This document shows, piece after piece, positions 39,690-50,194 of a stretch of 58,727 nucleotides of DNA. The notes under the pieces are model-generated. The model had not been told where the DNA came from, ran no database searches, and saw only the letters and a list, made by a program, of their open reading frames with translations. Numbering within the stretch: position 1 is the first letter of the stretch; each line of letters starts with the position of its first letter. Origin of the DNA: Rhizobium sp. Q54 (GTDB taxonomy: Bacteria; Pseudomonadota; Alphaproteobacteria; Rickettsiales; UBA1997). The stretch spans positions 1 to 58,727 of the forward strand of contig CAMCMF010000005.1 in NCBI GenBank assembly GCA_945875865.1. Reading direction: 5' to 3'. The translations under genes were made by a program, and so were the position numbers.

Positions 39690-40568
39690 TTAAACGGAGT
39701 ATTTTTTGATAATTTTTTTAACGCCTTCATTAATTGCGGGGTCATTTAGCGCGAAAGCTAAATTGGCTTCGAGATAACCCAAAACATTGCCGCAATCGAA
39801 ACGAACTTCGTCAATTTTTTTGTAATAGTAAGGTGATTTTTTGCACATTGCTTTCATGGCATCGGTCAGTTGAATTTCACCGCCAGAGCCAATTTCAAAT
39901 TTAGAAAGATATTCAAAAATTTCCGGCTGTAAAATGTAGCGACCAGTAATGGCGAGGTTCGATGGCGCATCTGCGGTTTTTGGTTTTTCAACCATGTCGG
40001 TGATTTTTTCGTCACCTGCAATTTTAATGATACCATATTTGTTAGTATCCTTCATCTCGATTTCATCGACAGCTACAACGCTTGCCAGCTCTTCTTTTTT
40101 GTAATAAAGATCAATCATTTCACCTAAAAAATTTCTCTCACGATTCTGACTTTGCATCATCATTTCATCAGCAAGAATCACTACAAAAGCTTCATCCTTA
40201 GCGATAAAATTTCGCGCACACCAAATTGCATGGCCAAGACCAAGTGGGCTTTGCTGGCGCACGAATGCTAGTTGCCCAGCTTCTGGCATCCAACCCATAA
40301 CTTGTTTTAGTTCCAAAGATTTATTTTTTTCATCGAGCTTCGATTCTAATTCGTAAGCATGATCGAAATGATTATTGATGGCGTTTTTATTGCGACCGGT
40401 AACGAAAATAAATTTTTCAATTCCAGCATTCCGCGCCTCTTCAAAAGCATATTGAATGATCGGCTTATTGGCGATTGGAAGCATCTCTTTTGGCATTGAT
40501 TTTGTTGCCGGTAAAAAGCGCGTTCCAAGTCCACCAACGGGGAAAATTGCGGTTTTAACTTTTCTCAT
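39690..40568 (-). CDS. galU: UTP--glucose-1-phosphate uridylyltransferase
   Basis: GGLGTRFLPATKSMPKEMLP, LGLGHAIWCA, VEKP and GEIQLTDA. Confidence 0.95.
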   Translation of the reverse strand: MRKVKTAIFPVGGLGTRFLPATKSMPKEMLPIANKPIIQYAFEEARNAGIEKFIFVTGRNKNAINNHFDHAYELESKLDEKNKSLELKQVMGWMPEAGQLAFVRQQSPLGLGHAIWCARNFIAKDEAFVVILADEMMMQSQNRERNFLGEMIDLYYKKEELASVVAVDEIEMKDTNKYGIIKIAGDEKITDMVEKPKTADAPSNLAITGRYILQPEIFEYLSKFEIGSGGEIQLTDAMKAMCKKSPYYYKKIDEVRFDCGNVLGYLEANLAFALNDPAINEGVKKIIKKYSV

Positions 40569-40636
40569 TCATGCCTCTTCTTAAAAAATATTATTTCTGG
40601 ATCCCGCAACAAGTGCGGGATTCTTAATGAAGTTGC

Positions 40637-42082
40637 TTATGCCTCTTCATTAAGAATTTTCAATTTGCGATAGATCGTCGAGCGGCCGATATCAAGCTTC
40701 TTTGCCACTTCTGAAAGATTCCCGCTATAAATATCAACCAATCTTCTGATGATTTCCTCTTCGATAACTTCGATGGTTTTACACTTCCCTTCATCATCAA
40801 AAATATCAATCAATTCGCTGTTAATATCGGAATTTTTTTTGATCACCGATTTAGCTTTAGTCAGACTATTATTTTCTTTATTTAGCAATTGTGGAAAATG
40901 TTCTGACTTCAGCGTATCGCTATCACATAAAACCACTGAACGGAAAATAGAATTTTTTAACTGACGAATATTATCTTCCCAATCGTAGTTGTAGAGCAGG
41001 TAAAGCACGTCTTGACCGATCGCCTTGATTTTTTTATTTTCATTCACACTAAAATCGCGACAAAAAGTTTCGGCGAGAAGCTTAATATCTTCTTCGCCTC
41101 TTTCCTTCAGACTTGGAATTGTAATCGGAAAAGTTGCGATGCGATAAAATAAATCTTCGCGAAACTTTTTGGCTAAAACTGCTTTTTGTAAATTATTTAT
41201 TGCCGAAGAAATCACCCGCACATCAACGCGCACCGGGAATTTTCCTTGTACTGGAGTAAACTCACCTTCTTGCATGAAGCGCAAAAGTTTTGTCTGCAAA
41301 TCTGACTTCAATAAATCAATTCGTTTGAAATAAATTGTACCGTTATTTGCCTCGCGCAATTTTCCGATATTTTTTACTACACCATCTGACAAAGCTTTTT
41401 CTGAGCCGAATAATTCTTCTTCAGCACTCCCGCTTTTTAATGAATCACATTCAACAACAATAAACGGTTTTCCTGAACGAGAACTTGAACCATGAATTGA
41501 GCGCGCAAGCAGTTCTTTCCCCGCTCCACCCGCAGCTTCAATCAAAACTGGAATTGTTGAATTCGCAACTTTTTTTGCCAATTTTATGACGTTAGAAATC
41601 ATTTCGCTTTGACCGATAATATCAGAAAAAACTACTTGGTCTTTGCTCTTCCTTGCAAGATGAGAAACTTGATATTTTAGATTTTTTTTATCGATGGCAT
41701 TGTTGATCGAAGCGGTGACGCGAGCAAAAATATCGCGCTCACCTTTTACGATATAATCAATGGCGCCGTAATTGATGGCAGTAACCGCCAGAGTAACATC
41801 CTTATTCGCCGTTAAAACTATCACCTGCAAATCGCCTTTGATGTGATCGATTTGTTTTAGCACCGTTAATCCATCAAGATCTGGCATTGATAAATCGAGC
41901 AACATCACATCGACGTCATGACAAGAAACTCCTTTGATGACTTTTTTATTCATGAAAAAATCCACCACTTCCATGCCACTACTCATCACTAAATAGCCGT
42001 AACCTAAATCTTCGATGAATTTACTTAGAACCTTGCGCTGCGTTGGCTCGTCGTCAACAATTAATATCGTATGCTTAGCCAT
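40637..42082 (-). CDS. NtrC/TacA-like response regulator (REC-AAA+-Fis HTH) with degenerate ATPase and GAFTGA motifs
   Basis: ILIVDDEPTQR, LLDLSMP, FREDLFYRI and GNLSEVAKKLDIGRSTIYRK; the GAFTGA position reads KALSDGV. Confidence 0.88.
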   Translation of the reverse strand: MAKHTILIVDDEPTQRKVLSKFIEDLGYGYLVMSSGMEVVDFFMNKKVIKGVSCHDVDVMLLDLSMPDLDGLTVLKQIDHIKGDLQVIVLTANKDVTLAVTAINYGAIDYIVKGERDIFARVTASINNAIDKKNLKYQVSHLARKSKDQVVFSDIIGQSEMISNVIKLAKKVANSTIPVLIEAAGGAGKELLARSIHGSSSRSGKPFIVVECDSLKSGSAEEELFGSEKALSDGVVKNIGKLREANNGTIYFKRIDLLKSDLQTKLLRFMQEGEFTPVQGKFPVRVDVRVISSAINNLQKAVLAKKFREDLFYRIATFPITIPSLKERGEEDIKLLAETFCRDFSVNENKKIKAIGQDVLYLLYNYDWEDNIRQLKNSIFRSVVLCDSDTLKSEHFPQLLNKENNSLTKAKSVIKKNSDINSELIDIFDDEGKCKTIEVIEEEIIRRLVDIYSGNLSEVAKKLDIGRSTIYRKLKILNEEA

Positions 42083-42101
42083 AATCACTTAAAGAAATTT
42101 A

Positions 42102-42962
42102 TTAATTGGATGGGATTTGTGTGGCGCTGAAAGTATTTTTCTCTTTTATTCTTTTTTCCTGCAAGAGCTGAATAATCTTTGCTGCCGTTTCTTCAACAGA
42201 TCTTTTTGTGACATCGATTACAGGACAAGCTAATTTAGAAAAAAGTTTGCGCGATTCAACAACTTCTTGCTCAATCGCTTCAATATTAATGTAATCGGTA
42301 GCACTTTCTTGACCAAGAGAAGTCAAGCGAGTTTGACGAATCTGCACTAATTTTTCGGGATTAATTGTGAGGCCCACAATTAGTGGCTTTTTTAAATCGT
42401 AAATAGTTTGCGGAATTGTCGAAATCGAAACGAAAGGAATATTGGCGGTTTTATAACCACGACAAGAAAGATAAATTGAAGTTGGAGATTTTGAAGTTCG
42501 CGACACGCCAACAATGACAATATCAGCATCGTACAAATCCCAAGTTGATTGACCATCATCGTGAGTCATGGTGTAGCTAATTGCTTCCACGCGCGAAAAA
42601 TATTCATTATCGAGCAAATGCTGACGACCAACTGTGTGGCTGATATTCATGCCGAGATAACCAGAAAATTCCGCAATAATATGCGATAAAACCGGAATGC
42701 AGGGAATTTTTAATTCGAAACATTTGCGGCGTAATTCTTCCACCAAATCATCATGCAAAATTGTATAAAGAACAATTCCGGGACTTTGCTCAATCGCGCT
42801 GATAACGCGATCCAATTGCGGCTTGGTGCGAACCAAAGGCCAAATAAAATCACTAGATTCAGCTCCCTCAAATTGCGATAAAACTGCACGGGCGACCGAA
42901 CTCAAAGTTTCGCCAGTTGAGTCGGAAATTAGGTGGAGGTTGATGGTTTTTTTTGAATTCAT
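42102..42962 (-). CDS. PPDK/PEP-synthase regulatory kinase/pyrophosphorylase (PDRP, DUF299)
   Basis: ISDSTGET, HDDGQ, GVSRTSKSP and SVEETA. Confidence 0.95.
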   Translation of the reverse strand: MNSKKTINLHLISDSTGETLSSVARAVLSQFEGAESSDFIWPLVRTKPQLDRVISAIEQSPGIVLYTILHDDLVEELRRKCFELKIPCIPVLSHIIAEFSGYLGMNISHTVGRQHLLDNEYFSRVEAISYTMTHDDGQSTWDLYDADIVIVGVSRTSKSPTSIYLSCRGYKTANIPFVSISTIPQTIYDLKKPLIVGLTINPEKLVQIRQTRLTSLGQESATDYINIEAIEQEVVESRKLFSKLACPVIDVTKRSVEETAAKIIQLLQEKRIKEKNTFSATQIPSN

Positions 42963-42986
42963 ATTTTTTGAATTATTTGTTTCGTT

Positions 42987-45900
42987 CTAGATTTCTAATC
43001 TCGGCAAAGCTTTTACAATCTTTATGGTTTCAAGACTCACGGTGATCACTCGCAAAAGTAGATCAAGTGGGTAGCGGGCGTTGTTCATAGTTTCAATTGC
43101 CCAAAGGTTGGCGTCGTTGACGATGCCGCTTTCTTTGTGAGTTGAAATGCCTTGGCGTTCCATCACCCATTCAATTGCTGGTTTGCCGTTGACCACGTAT
43201 GAGTAAGCTTCGAGTGGAATATTTTCGATCGTGATTTTAGAATTATAAATCACTTTGGTTTTGTCGGTTTCTTTTCCAGTTTTGGCAAATTTCATTTTCT
43301 CAACTTTAAAATCTGCGTCTTTCAACATTTCAATTGCCAAAGCTCCACCAGCAAAATTTGCCGCAAAAGGCGAAACATTTTCGTAATTGATGTGAAGTTC
43401 AGCAAGCTCGCGCCCCGCTTTGCTAAAATGCCAAAAGTCGGTGGCTTTTTTTACTCTTGGAATGCGCGGCAATTCTTTGGTGAGGTTGTCAGCAAATCTT
43501 TGTTTGTAATCTTCCGAGTGCAAAAGCCCGTAAATGTAATAAAAAACATCTTCCTTCGAAATTTTTTCACCCACGTAGTTTTTAGAAAAATGCGCCAAAC
43601 CTCCATCAGTAATGCCATCCTTCACCACAAAATTTCCTTCGGTTTTTTCGTCAAATAAACTGGCTGGCTTCGGAGCGTCTGCAAACAAGCTGTCTTGCGG
43701 ATTTGAATCTTGAACTGAGGAAGTCTCGTTGGTTTTTGGGGAGAATAGTTTAAACGGGAAGCATTGCGCACCAGCTTCCAGCATGTTTAAATCAACCAAG
43801 CAGTCACTAATTAAAGCGCTAATTCCGTTTCGTGAGCCTTTGCCATTAATAAGAATCACCCGATTTTTAACCGAAGCATCCGGGAAAATTTGCGGCATTT
43901 GATAGACCACCTCATTGAGCTGGCGATTAAAATACATCCATTGCTTTGTAAAAGGGCGATAGCTTGCAAAAACCAAACTATTCTTTTGGAAAGAAGCATC
44001 TTTCTTTAGACTCAAATCTTTTTTTAAGGCTCGCGACCAACTAATTTGCCTTGGATCGCTTGAAATAAAATCGTCAACTTTTGGAAAATTTTCTTTTGCT
44101 AAACTTCCGCAAGCCGCTTGATAACGAGATACTTCGCTGCAATAAAAATTAATCATGCCGCTCATATTTTGAGCAAGCTGGTTTTTAGAAAAATTATAGC
44201 ACCAAGCATCGCGATTGGTGGCAACGCCCAAGGAATAATTCTCAAAAATCACCGCTTCGTTTTTGTTTTTTTTATCACCGAGTGAAATGTGATTGGCAAA
44301 ACTTTCCTCGCGCTGGCTTAACCAATCGCCGTGAGAATCAGGTTTAATTTCTTGCCACAAATTATTTTTTGAAATTCCCGAAATACTTTTGAGCTCAATG
44401 AGTTTTTCTAGCTTCTCTTGCAGTTTTAAATCATTGCCAATGTCGTGATAATAAATTTTGCCGCGTTCTTTTGTTTTGGGATTTTTAATAAAAAGCGTGA
44501 TCGCAATTCCAGTCATTGAGCCGCTACCAAAAACATTTTGACCTTCTTTTACTCTTCCCTTGCTGAGCATGTTTTTGCGAATGTCACCACGCAAATTGAA
44601 AGTATAAATGCTCGAGAATTCTTCAGCCAAGCATTTACGCATGCCATCCATTGCAGCTTTTTCAAGAAAGCCATTACCAGAAACAAACCCAATCACTCCC
44701 GCATCTTTAATTCGATCCGAAGCCCAACGAATTGAACGAACGTAAGAATCGTAAAGATTTTTTTGCAGAGTTGCTTTTGAGTTTTTGGCATAAGTTTCGC
44801 GGATGCCTTCATCCAATTTTTCATATTCGATATTGGCATTGTTGTCATTTTCGCTTTTCTGTCCTGATGAATAAGGCGGGTTGCCAATAATCACCCGAAT
44901 ATCCAACTTCTTTTGCCGCGTACGGCGCGCGCTGTTATCAACCATAATCTCGCTGATTAAATCTTCTTTTTCGTAAAGTTGAAAAGTGTCAGTAAGGCAA
45001 ATGCCGTTAAATGGTTTGTAATCGCCGCCCATGATGTCGTGGTAAACTGACTCAATGTTGATGGCGGCAATGTAGTAGGCCAAAAGCACAATCTCGTTGG
45101 CGTGAATTTCGTGAGTGTATTTGTGGGCGAGTTGTTCTTTTGAAATTAAGCCGCTTTGCATTAGGCGGGTGATGAAAGTGCCAGTTCCTGTGAAAGGGTC
45201 GATGATGTGAACATTTTCGCTGCCTAAGGTTTGACCGAATTCGTTTTTTAGCGCGTCGTTTACCGAGTGAATGATGAAGTCAACCACCTCAACTGGCGTG
45301 TAGACAATGCCCAAACGCTCAGTCATTTTTGGAAAGGCGTTTTTGAAGAATTTGTCGTAAAGCTCGATGATGATTTTTTGCTTGGCCGCTACATCGTTAA
45401 TGCCTGCGGCGCGCTGTTTTACGCTGTCGTAGAATTTTTGCAGAGTGTTTGCTTCTTTTTCCAAATGGTGTTGGCTTAAAACCTCAACCACGCCTTGCAT
45501 GGCTTTGGAAACTGGGTTGTTTTTGGCAAAGCTGTAGCCTTCAAACAATGCGTCAAAAACTGGCTTGGTGATTAAATGTTGGGCGAGCATTTCAATTGCT
45601 TCGCCTTCGGTGATTTGGTTGTTTAGGTCGTCGCGCAGCTCGTTTAAAAATTCTTCGAAAGCTTTGATTTCTTTGGTGTTTTCTGGGTTCTTTAAAATTG
45701 AGTTGATGCGTGCGATGTGATTTTTGGCAATTGAAGAGATGTCATTTGCCCACTCTTCCCAATGGTGGCGATTGCCGCATTTCTTGACAACTTGGGCGTA
45801 AATGGCGCGCTCGATTTCGCTTACTTCAAATTTTAAATTGGTTTGGATTGCTTGGTTGATGCTTGATTTTACAGATTCGCCAATGCCAAAGCTGTTTTGA

Positions 45901-47969
45901 GCTTGTTGATTTTCGTTTGGTTTTGGCTGTTTTTTGGCGTCAATTTTGTTGGTGATGCAAATTACTTCCATTTTGCTTAGGTCGCGCACGCCAAGATCGA
46001 GTTTATTTGTAAGGGCGTCGAAGCTGTCATCGTGTGAGCGCAAGGCTTGCAATACTTGCCACACAACTTTGTAGTTTTGGTTTTTGTCTAGGCTTTCGTT
46101 GGCTTCCATTCCTGAAGGAATCACAACTGGCAAAATTACGTAGCCGCGTTTTTTACCTTCGGCGTTGCGCATTACGCGACCGACAGATTGAACAACATCA
46201 ACTTGCGAATTTCTTGGGGTTAAAAACAAAACTGCGTCAAGTGCTGGAACGTCAACGCCTTCAGAAAGGCAGCGCACGTTGCTTAAAATGCGGCAGGTGT
46301 TTTGTGGGGCTTCTTCTTTTAACCAATTGAGCTTTTCTTCTTTTTGGCTGGCATTCATTGAGCCGTCAACGTGTGCGGCTTCGCAAACTAGTTTGGTTGC
46401 GAGTTGGTCGCTGGCAGCTTCTTGTTTTTTATATTCTTCAACAACAGCCGAAAACATGCTGGAGATTTTTTTGGAGCTGACTTTATTGGTTTTGGAAGTG
46501 GTGCTTTGTGGCTCAATCACTTGGCAAAATGCAACTGCGCGGCGCATTGGGTTGGTGTCGTCGTTTAAATCTTCGGAAGTATCTTGTTTTGAAAGTGCTT
46601 TCCAACAACCAATGATTCTGGCGGCGTCGTCAACTTTAAGGGCATTGTTTTCATCTTTTAGTAAATGCTGAAGGCGGTCGCTGACATGTTGAGAATCAAC
46701 GGCCAAGACGATTACTTTGTAATCAACTAGAAGGCCTTGTTTTACGGCTTCAGAAAAATTGATGGTGAAAAGAGTTTTGCCGTAAAGCGTCTCATCATCA
46801 AATGAGCAAATGGCGATTTTATCTTTTTCAGCAACAGCTTTGGCTTCATTGCCGTAGATGCGGGGAGTTGCCGTCATGTAAAGGCGCTTTGCTGATTTGA
46901 TGAAATTGGCATCGTGAACTTGCACAAAAGTTGATTCGTCTTTGTCATCAAAAGTTTGGCCAGTGGTACGGTGGGCTTCGTCGCAAATGATTAGGTCAAA
47001 ATCTTCGAGGCCGTGATTTTTTTGGGCTTTAGAAATTACTTCAATTGAGTGGTAGGTTGAAAATACTACGCTCATGTGGTGCGAGTCGTGGCGTTTTTGC
47101 ATTTCAAAAGCTAGGCGCGCAGAGTTGGTGGTTGCGGGGTAGCGTAGCTCGTGGGTGAAAGTTTGAACGATGTCGTCTTCGTTTTTGCGTTTTTTACCAA
47201 CGTCAGAGTCTGAACAAACGGCAAAGCTATTTAGTGGCGTGGCGCTTTCCTGTGTCCATTCAGTTAGTGTTTGAGAAAGTAGCGAAAGTGAAGGGACTAA
47301 AAATAAAACTCGCTTGTTTTTGCCAGCTAACTTTTCAGCAATTTTTAGAGAGGTGAAAGTTTTTCCAGTGCCGCAAGCCATGATTAACTTGCCGCGAGCC
47401 GCTTCCCGCAAACCTTCTTCAACTGATTTTAGGGCGGCTTTTTGATGGTCGCGAAGTTCTTTCTTTTTCTTTAAGGTTGGTTGCTGGTTTGGTTGATATT
47501 TTGACCAATCAATTTGGCTATTTTCTAAATCGTTTAAATCGATTTTGGTGACGGGTGGTTGTTGATTTTGTAGCGCATCTTCAGCATGTTCAGACCAATT
47601 GTTGGTAGTGGTGACAATGATTCTTTGGCTGAATTGTGTTTTGCCTGAGGCTGTAAAAAAGCTGTCGATGTCAGATTTTTGAATGCGGTAGGTTTCTTCG
47701 TAAAATTTACACTGAATGGCGTGAAATTCATTAGTGCCGTGAGTTGTAGCAACTAGATCGATTCCGGTGTCGCGCCGATCTATTTTTTGTCCGACTAAAT
47801 TTTGCTCGTCTGCCCAAGTGGAGTAGGTTGAAACTTGGCTGTAAAGGTTTTGGTAAAATGGCTCATTCTTGAAATATTGGATGGTGAGATCTTCAAAATA
47901 GGTGCCTTGTTCACGATTAGTTTGCGCGTTTTGACGAAGGGTTTTTAGCAGGTTTTGCAATGCTGTCAT
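42987..47969 (-). CDS. Type ISP single-chain restriction-modification enzyme (LlaGI/LlaBIII-like)
   Basis: Mrr-like nuclease DTGIDLV...AIQCKFY; SF2 helicase MACGTGKT, DEAHRT, LSEGVDVP and QSVGRVMR; N6-MTase DPFTGTGTF and GNPPY; C-terminal TRD. Confidence 0.93.
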   Translation of the reverse strand: MTALQNLLKTLRQNAQTNREQGTYFEDLTIQYFKNEPFYQNLYSQVSTYSTWADEQNLVGQKIDRRDTGIDLVATTHGTNEFHAIQCKFYEETYRIQKSDIDSFFTASGKTQFSQRIIVTTTNNWSEHAEDALQNQQPPVTKIDLNDLENSQIDWSKYQPNQQPTLKKKKELRDHQKAALKSVEEGLREAARGKLIMACGTGKTFTSLKIAEKLAGKNKRVLFLVPSLSLLSQTLTEWTQESATPLNSFAVCSDSDVGKKRKNEDDIVQTFTHELRYPATTNSARLAFEMQKRHDSHHMSVVFSTYHSIEVISKAQKNHGLEDFDLIICDEAHRTTGQTFDDKDESTFVQVHDANFIKSAKRLYMTATPRIYGNEAKAVAEKDKIAICSFDDETLYGKTLFTINFSEAVKQGLLVDYKVIVLAVDSQHVSDRLQHLLKDENNALKVDDAARIIGCWKALSKQDTSEDLNDDTNPMRRAVAFCQVIEPQSTTSKTNKVSSKKISSMFSAVVEEYKKQEAASDQLATKLVCEAAHVDGSMNASQKEEKLNWLKEEAPQNTCRILSNVRCLSEGVDVPALDAVLFLTPRNSQVDVVQSVGRVMRNAEGKKRGYVILPVVIPSGMEANESLDKNQNYKVVWQVLQALRSHDDSFDALTNKLDLGVRDLSKMEVICITNKIDAKKQPKPNENQQAQNSFGIGESVKSSINQAIQTNLKFEVSEIERAIYAQVVKKCGNRHHWEEWANDISSIAKNHIARINSILKNPENTKEIKAFEEFLNELRDDLNNQITEGEAIEMLAQHLITKPVFDALFEGYSFAKNNPVSKAMQGVVEVLSQHHLEKEANTLQKFYDSVKQRAAGINDVAAKQKIIIELYDKFFKNAFPKMTERLGIVYTPVEVVDFIIHSVNDALKNEFGQTLGSENVHIIDPFTGTGTFITRLMQSGLISKEQLAHKYTHEIHANEIVLLAYYIAAINIESVYHDIMGGDYKPFNGICLTDTFQLYEKEDLISEIMVDNSARRTRQKKLDIRVIIGNPPYSSGQKSENDNNANIEYEKLDEGIRETYAKNSKATLQKNLYDSYVRSIRWASDRIKDAGVIGFVSGNGFLEKAAMDGMRKCLAEEFSSIYTFNLRGDIRKNMLSKGRVKEGQNVFGSGSMTGIAITLFIKNPKTKERGKIYYHDIGNDLKLQEKLEKLIELKSISGISKNNLWQEIKPDSHGDWLSQREESFANHISLGDKKNKNEAVIFENYSLGVATNRDAWCYNFSKNQLAQNMSGMINFYCSEVSRYQAACGSLAKENFPKVDDFISSDPRQISWSRALKKDLSLKKDASFQKNSLVFASYRPFTKQWMYFNRQLNEVVYQMPQIFPDASVKNRVILINGKGSRNGISALISDCLVDLNMLEAGAQCFPFKLFSPKTNETSSVQDSNPQDSLFADAPKPASLFDEKTEGNFVVKDGITDGGLAHFSKNYVGEKISKEDVFYYIYGLLHSEDYKQRFADNLTKELPRIPRVKKATDFWHFSKAGRELAELHINYENVSPFAANFAGGALAIEMLKDADFKVEKMKFAKTGKETDKTKVIYNSKITIENIPLEAYSYVVNGKPAIEWVMERQGISTHKESGIVNDANLWAIETMNNARYPLDLLLRVITVSLETIKIVKALPRLEI

Positions 47970-47989
47970 TTGAGAGTGCTGATTATTGG

Positions 47990-48832
47990 TTATTTTTTTA
48001 AAACTTTGGAACTTTTCAGCGACTTTTTTTCTTCCGAACTCAGACGTCTTTCAACCTTCTTCACATCCTCTACAGCGAATAATTTTTCAGGAACAATGCC
48101 ACGCTCAAGCAAAGTGCTTCTGACCGCTTTGTTATTTATGATGTGTTCGTTAGAAATTTTTAGCTCATTCTTCATTTGATGCTGGCGAGCATTGAAAATA
48201 GTGATTTCACTGGCAAAGTCTTTGGCTTTTAGAATGATGGTTGGGGCGTAGTCGGCAAGTGGACGAGTGTCTGGAACATTCCAAATTTCTTTCATTTCTT
48301 TGGTGGTTTTACTAAATAGAGCTTGGTCGCCTTTGCTTCGAATTAGGGCAAAATTTTTGTCGCTACCGGTTTGTTCGAAAATGGTTTTGGAAAGTTCTTT
48401 TTCAGTCTCGCTGAGTTTTTTGCGAGCCACTACGCGCTCAGATTCCAAAAGCCTTTGTTCGATTAATTCAGCGCGACGAGTTTGAATGGCGAAGTAAGTT
48501 TGAGCAAAGGCGATTTCTGGCTTTGTAGGATCGCCATTTTGGGCGATTAGGTAGCAGGCGTAGCGGGTGAGCATTATGTCTTCAACTTCGCGTTGACTAC
48601 CAGAGCCAAGATCAACCATTTTCCTGACGTCAGGAAAATGGTCTGAGACTTTATGTTTAGAGGTTTTACAGGAAATTTTAGCTTTAGAAATTACACTAAG
48701 AAAGTTGCCCCATTTGGCGTAACCAAGCAAATCTTGTAGATCGCGAGCGAGCCAAAATTCAACACCATCTTTGGTTTGTTTGGCGTGAGATTCAAAATTG
48801 AGAGTGAGAGTTTGAACTGTTTCGGTTTTCAT
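47990..48832 (-). CDS. dinD: DNA damage-inducible protein D (Bro-N family)
   Basis: FWLARDLQDLLGY, LTRYACYLIAQNGDP, AFAQTYFAIQTRRAE and RPLADY. Confidence 0.9.
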   Translation of the reverse strand: MKTETVQTLTLNFESHAKQTKDGVEFWLARDLQDLLGYAKWGNFLSVISKAKISCKTSKHKVSDHFPDVRKMVDLGSGSQREVEDIMLTRYACYLIAQNGDPTKPEIAFAQTYFAIQTRRAELIEQRLLESERVVARKKLSETEKELSKTIFEQTGSDKNFALIRSKGDQALFSKTTKEMKEIWNVPDTRPLADYAPTIILKAKDFASEITIFNARQHQMKNELKISNEHIINNKAVRSTLLERGIVPEKLFAVEDVKKVERRLSSEEKKSLKSSKVLKK

Positions 48833-48873
48833 TTTGTGGTGAGTGGTTGGTTGAGGTGGAATGGGTTAACTAT

Positions 48874-50193
48874 TTACCTTTTAGACATTGAAGGAACTTT
48901 GATATCAGCATTAACAATAACCGTGATTCTAGTTCCTTGTGGAACGCGAATAACTGGAGTTAAATCGAGTGCGCTATTTACGATTTGACCAACCGTGTCG
49001 ACGATAGTTTTAGTGACATCATAAAGAGCCTGATTCGTAGCATTGCCAGTTGTTGTTGTGGTTCCTTGTGTTGGATTAGCTGTAGTTGTTGTGGCTTGAT
49101 TTCCCAAAAGACTTTGAGCTGCTGCAACACCACCAACTGCTAAAACACTTGTGAGTAAAGAGTTAGTGATCACGGAGCTATATTTATTATCAACTTCACC
49201 AGCGATACCAGCTCTACCAAATTGATCTGCCGCAACAGAAGAAATTGCTAAGTCAACTCCATCGGGACGAATCAAGCGGCTCCAATTAATTTGCACTCTG
49301 CCCTGACCTCTTTTTATTTCACTGGAATAAGCTCCGAATAAACGCGAACCCCTTGGAATTAAAACATCATTTCCTGATTCACCATAAACATCCCTACCAA
49401 TCACCGCACGAACTGATCCCGGAATTTCGGTATTGATTGCAGTTTCCAGAACTGCCGTGAGTAATTTACCCTGTGCAATTGTGTGAACGCGATCGGCAAT
49501 GTAAGTAGTGACAACTGCGGATTCAGTTTCTTCTAATTCTTCCAGCGGATCTTTTTTTAGCTTCACGATATTTTTTTCGTAACCCACTCCTCGCGAAGGT
49601 AGGTTGGCATTACCACCAGCAAAAACAATGATTGGAGCGTAACGAGGATCGGTTGGTTTTTTTTCTTCTCCCATTTTCACTTCACCATTCAGCTGATTGG
49701 TTTGAGCTGTTGGATCATTGGGATTTATAATCGGAAATTTATCACCGGACATAACTTGCGTTGGCAATAGAGCGTTAGGATTTTGCTGATTTGGATTTAT
49801 AATATCCGCTAAATTCAATTGATTACCCGCCGTAGAATCCTTTGGCAATTCTGGCAAAGTTGGAACATCTGGGGTTGAGGGCTTTGCTAAATCTTCTACT
49901 TCTTGTTTTTGCCGTTCTTTTGAATCATCAAATTCAAACAAGGATTTTCCATTATCACTTTGAGTAATAGATGCCTTTGGCAACTCGATCGCTTCTAATT
50001 TTTCATTGGGCTTTTCTGGCTCCTTGAAGAAGAAAAAATAAAATACCATCACTGTCAAAATAGTTGAAGCAGCGATAATCATCATTTTACTTTTTTTTGC
50101 AGCAGCAATCGCCGGACCATTCGATGCGACGTCAATCGAGTCATCCCTATCTTCTTGGATTTCAGCAGGGCGCTGTTTAACTTTTGGTTTCAT
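48874..50193 (-). CDS. virB10: Type IV secretion VirB10/TrbI family protein
   Basis: Single TM, Pro-rich linker, AVLETAINTEIPG, VLIPRGSRLFG, WSRLIRPDG, DQFGRAG and PVIRVPQGTRI. Confidence 0.93.
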   Translation of the reverse strand: MKPKVKQRPAEIQEDRDDSIDVASNGPAIAAAKKSKMMIIAASTILTVMVFYFFFFKEPEKPNEKLEAIELPKASITQSDNGKSLFEFDDSKERQKQEVEDLAKPSTPDVPTLPELPKDSTAGNQLNLADIINPNQQNPNALLPTQVMSGDKFPIINPNDPTAQTNQLNGEVKMGEEKKPTDPRYAPIIVFAGGNANLPSRGVGYEKNIVKLKKDPLEELEETESAVVTTYIADRVHTIAQGKLLTAVLETAINTEIPGSVRAVIGRDVYGESGNDVLIPRGSRLFGAYSSEIKRGQGRVQINWSRLIRPDGVDLAISSVAADQFGRAGIAGEVDNKYSSVITNSLLTSVLAVGGVAAAQSLLGNQATTTTANPTQGTTTTTGNATNQALYDVTKTIVDTVGQIVNSALDLTPVIRVPQGTRITVIVNADIKVPSMSKR

Positions 50194-50194
50194 G

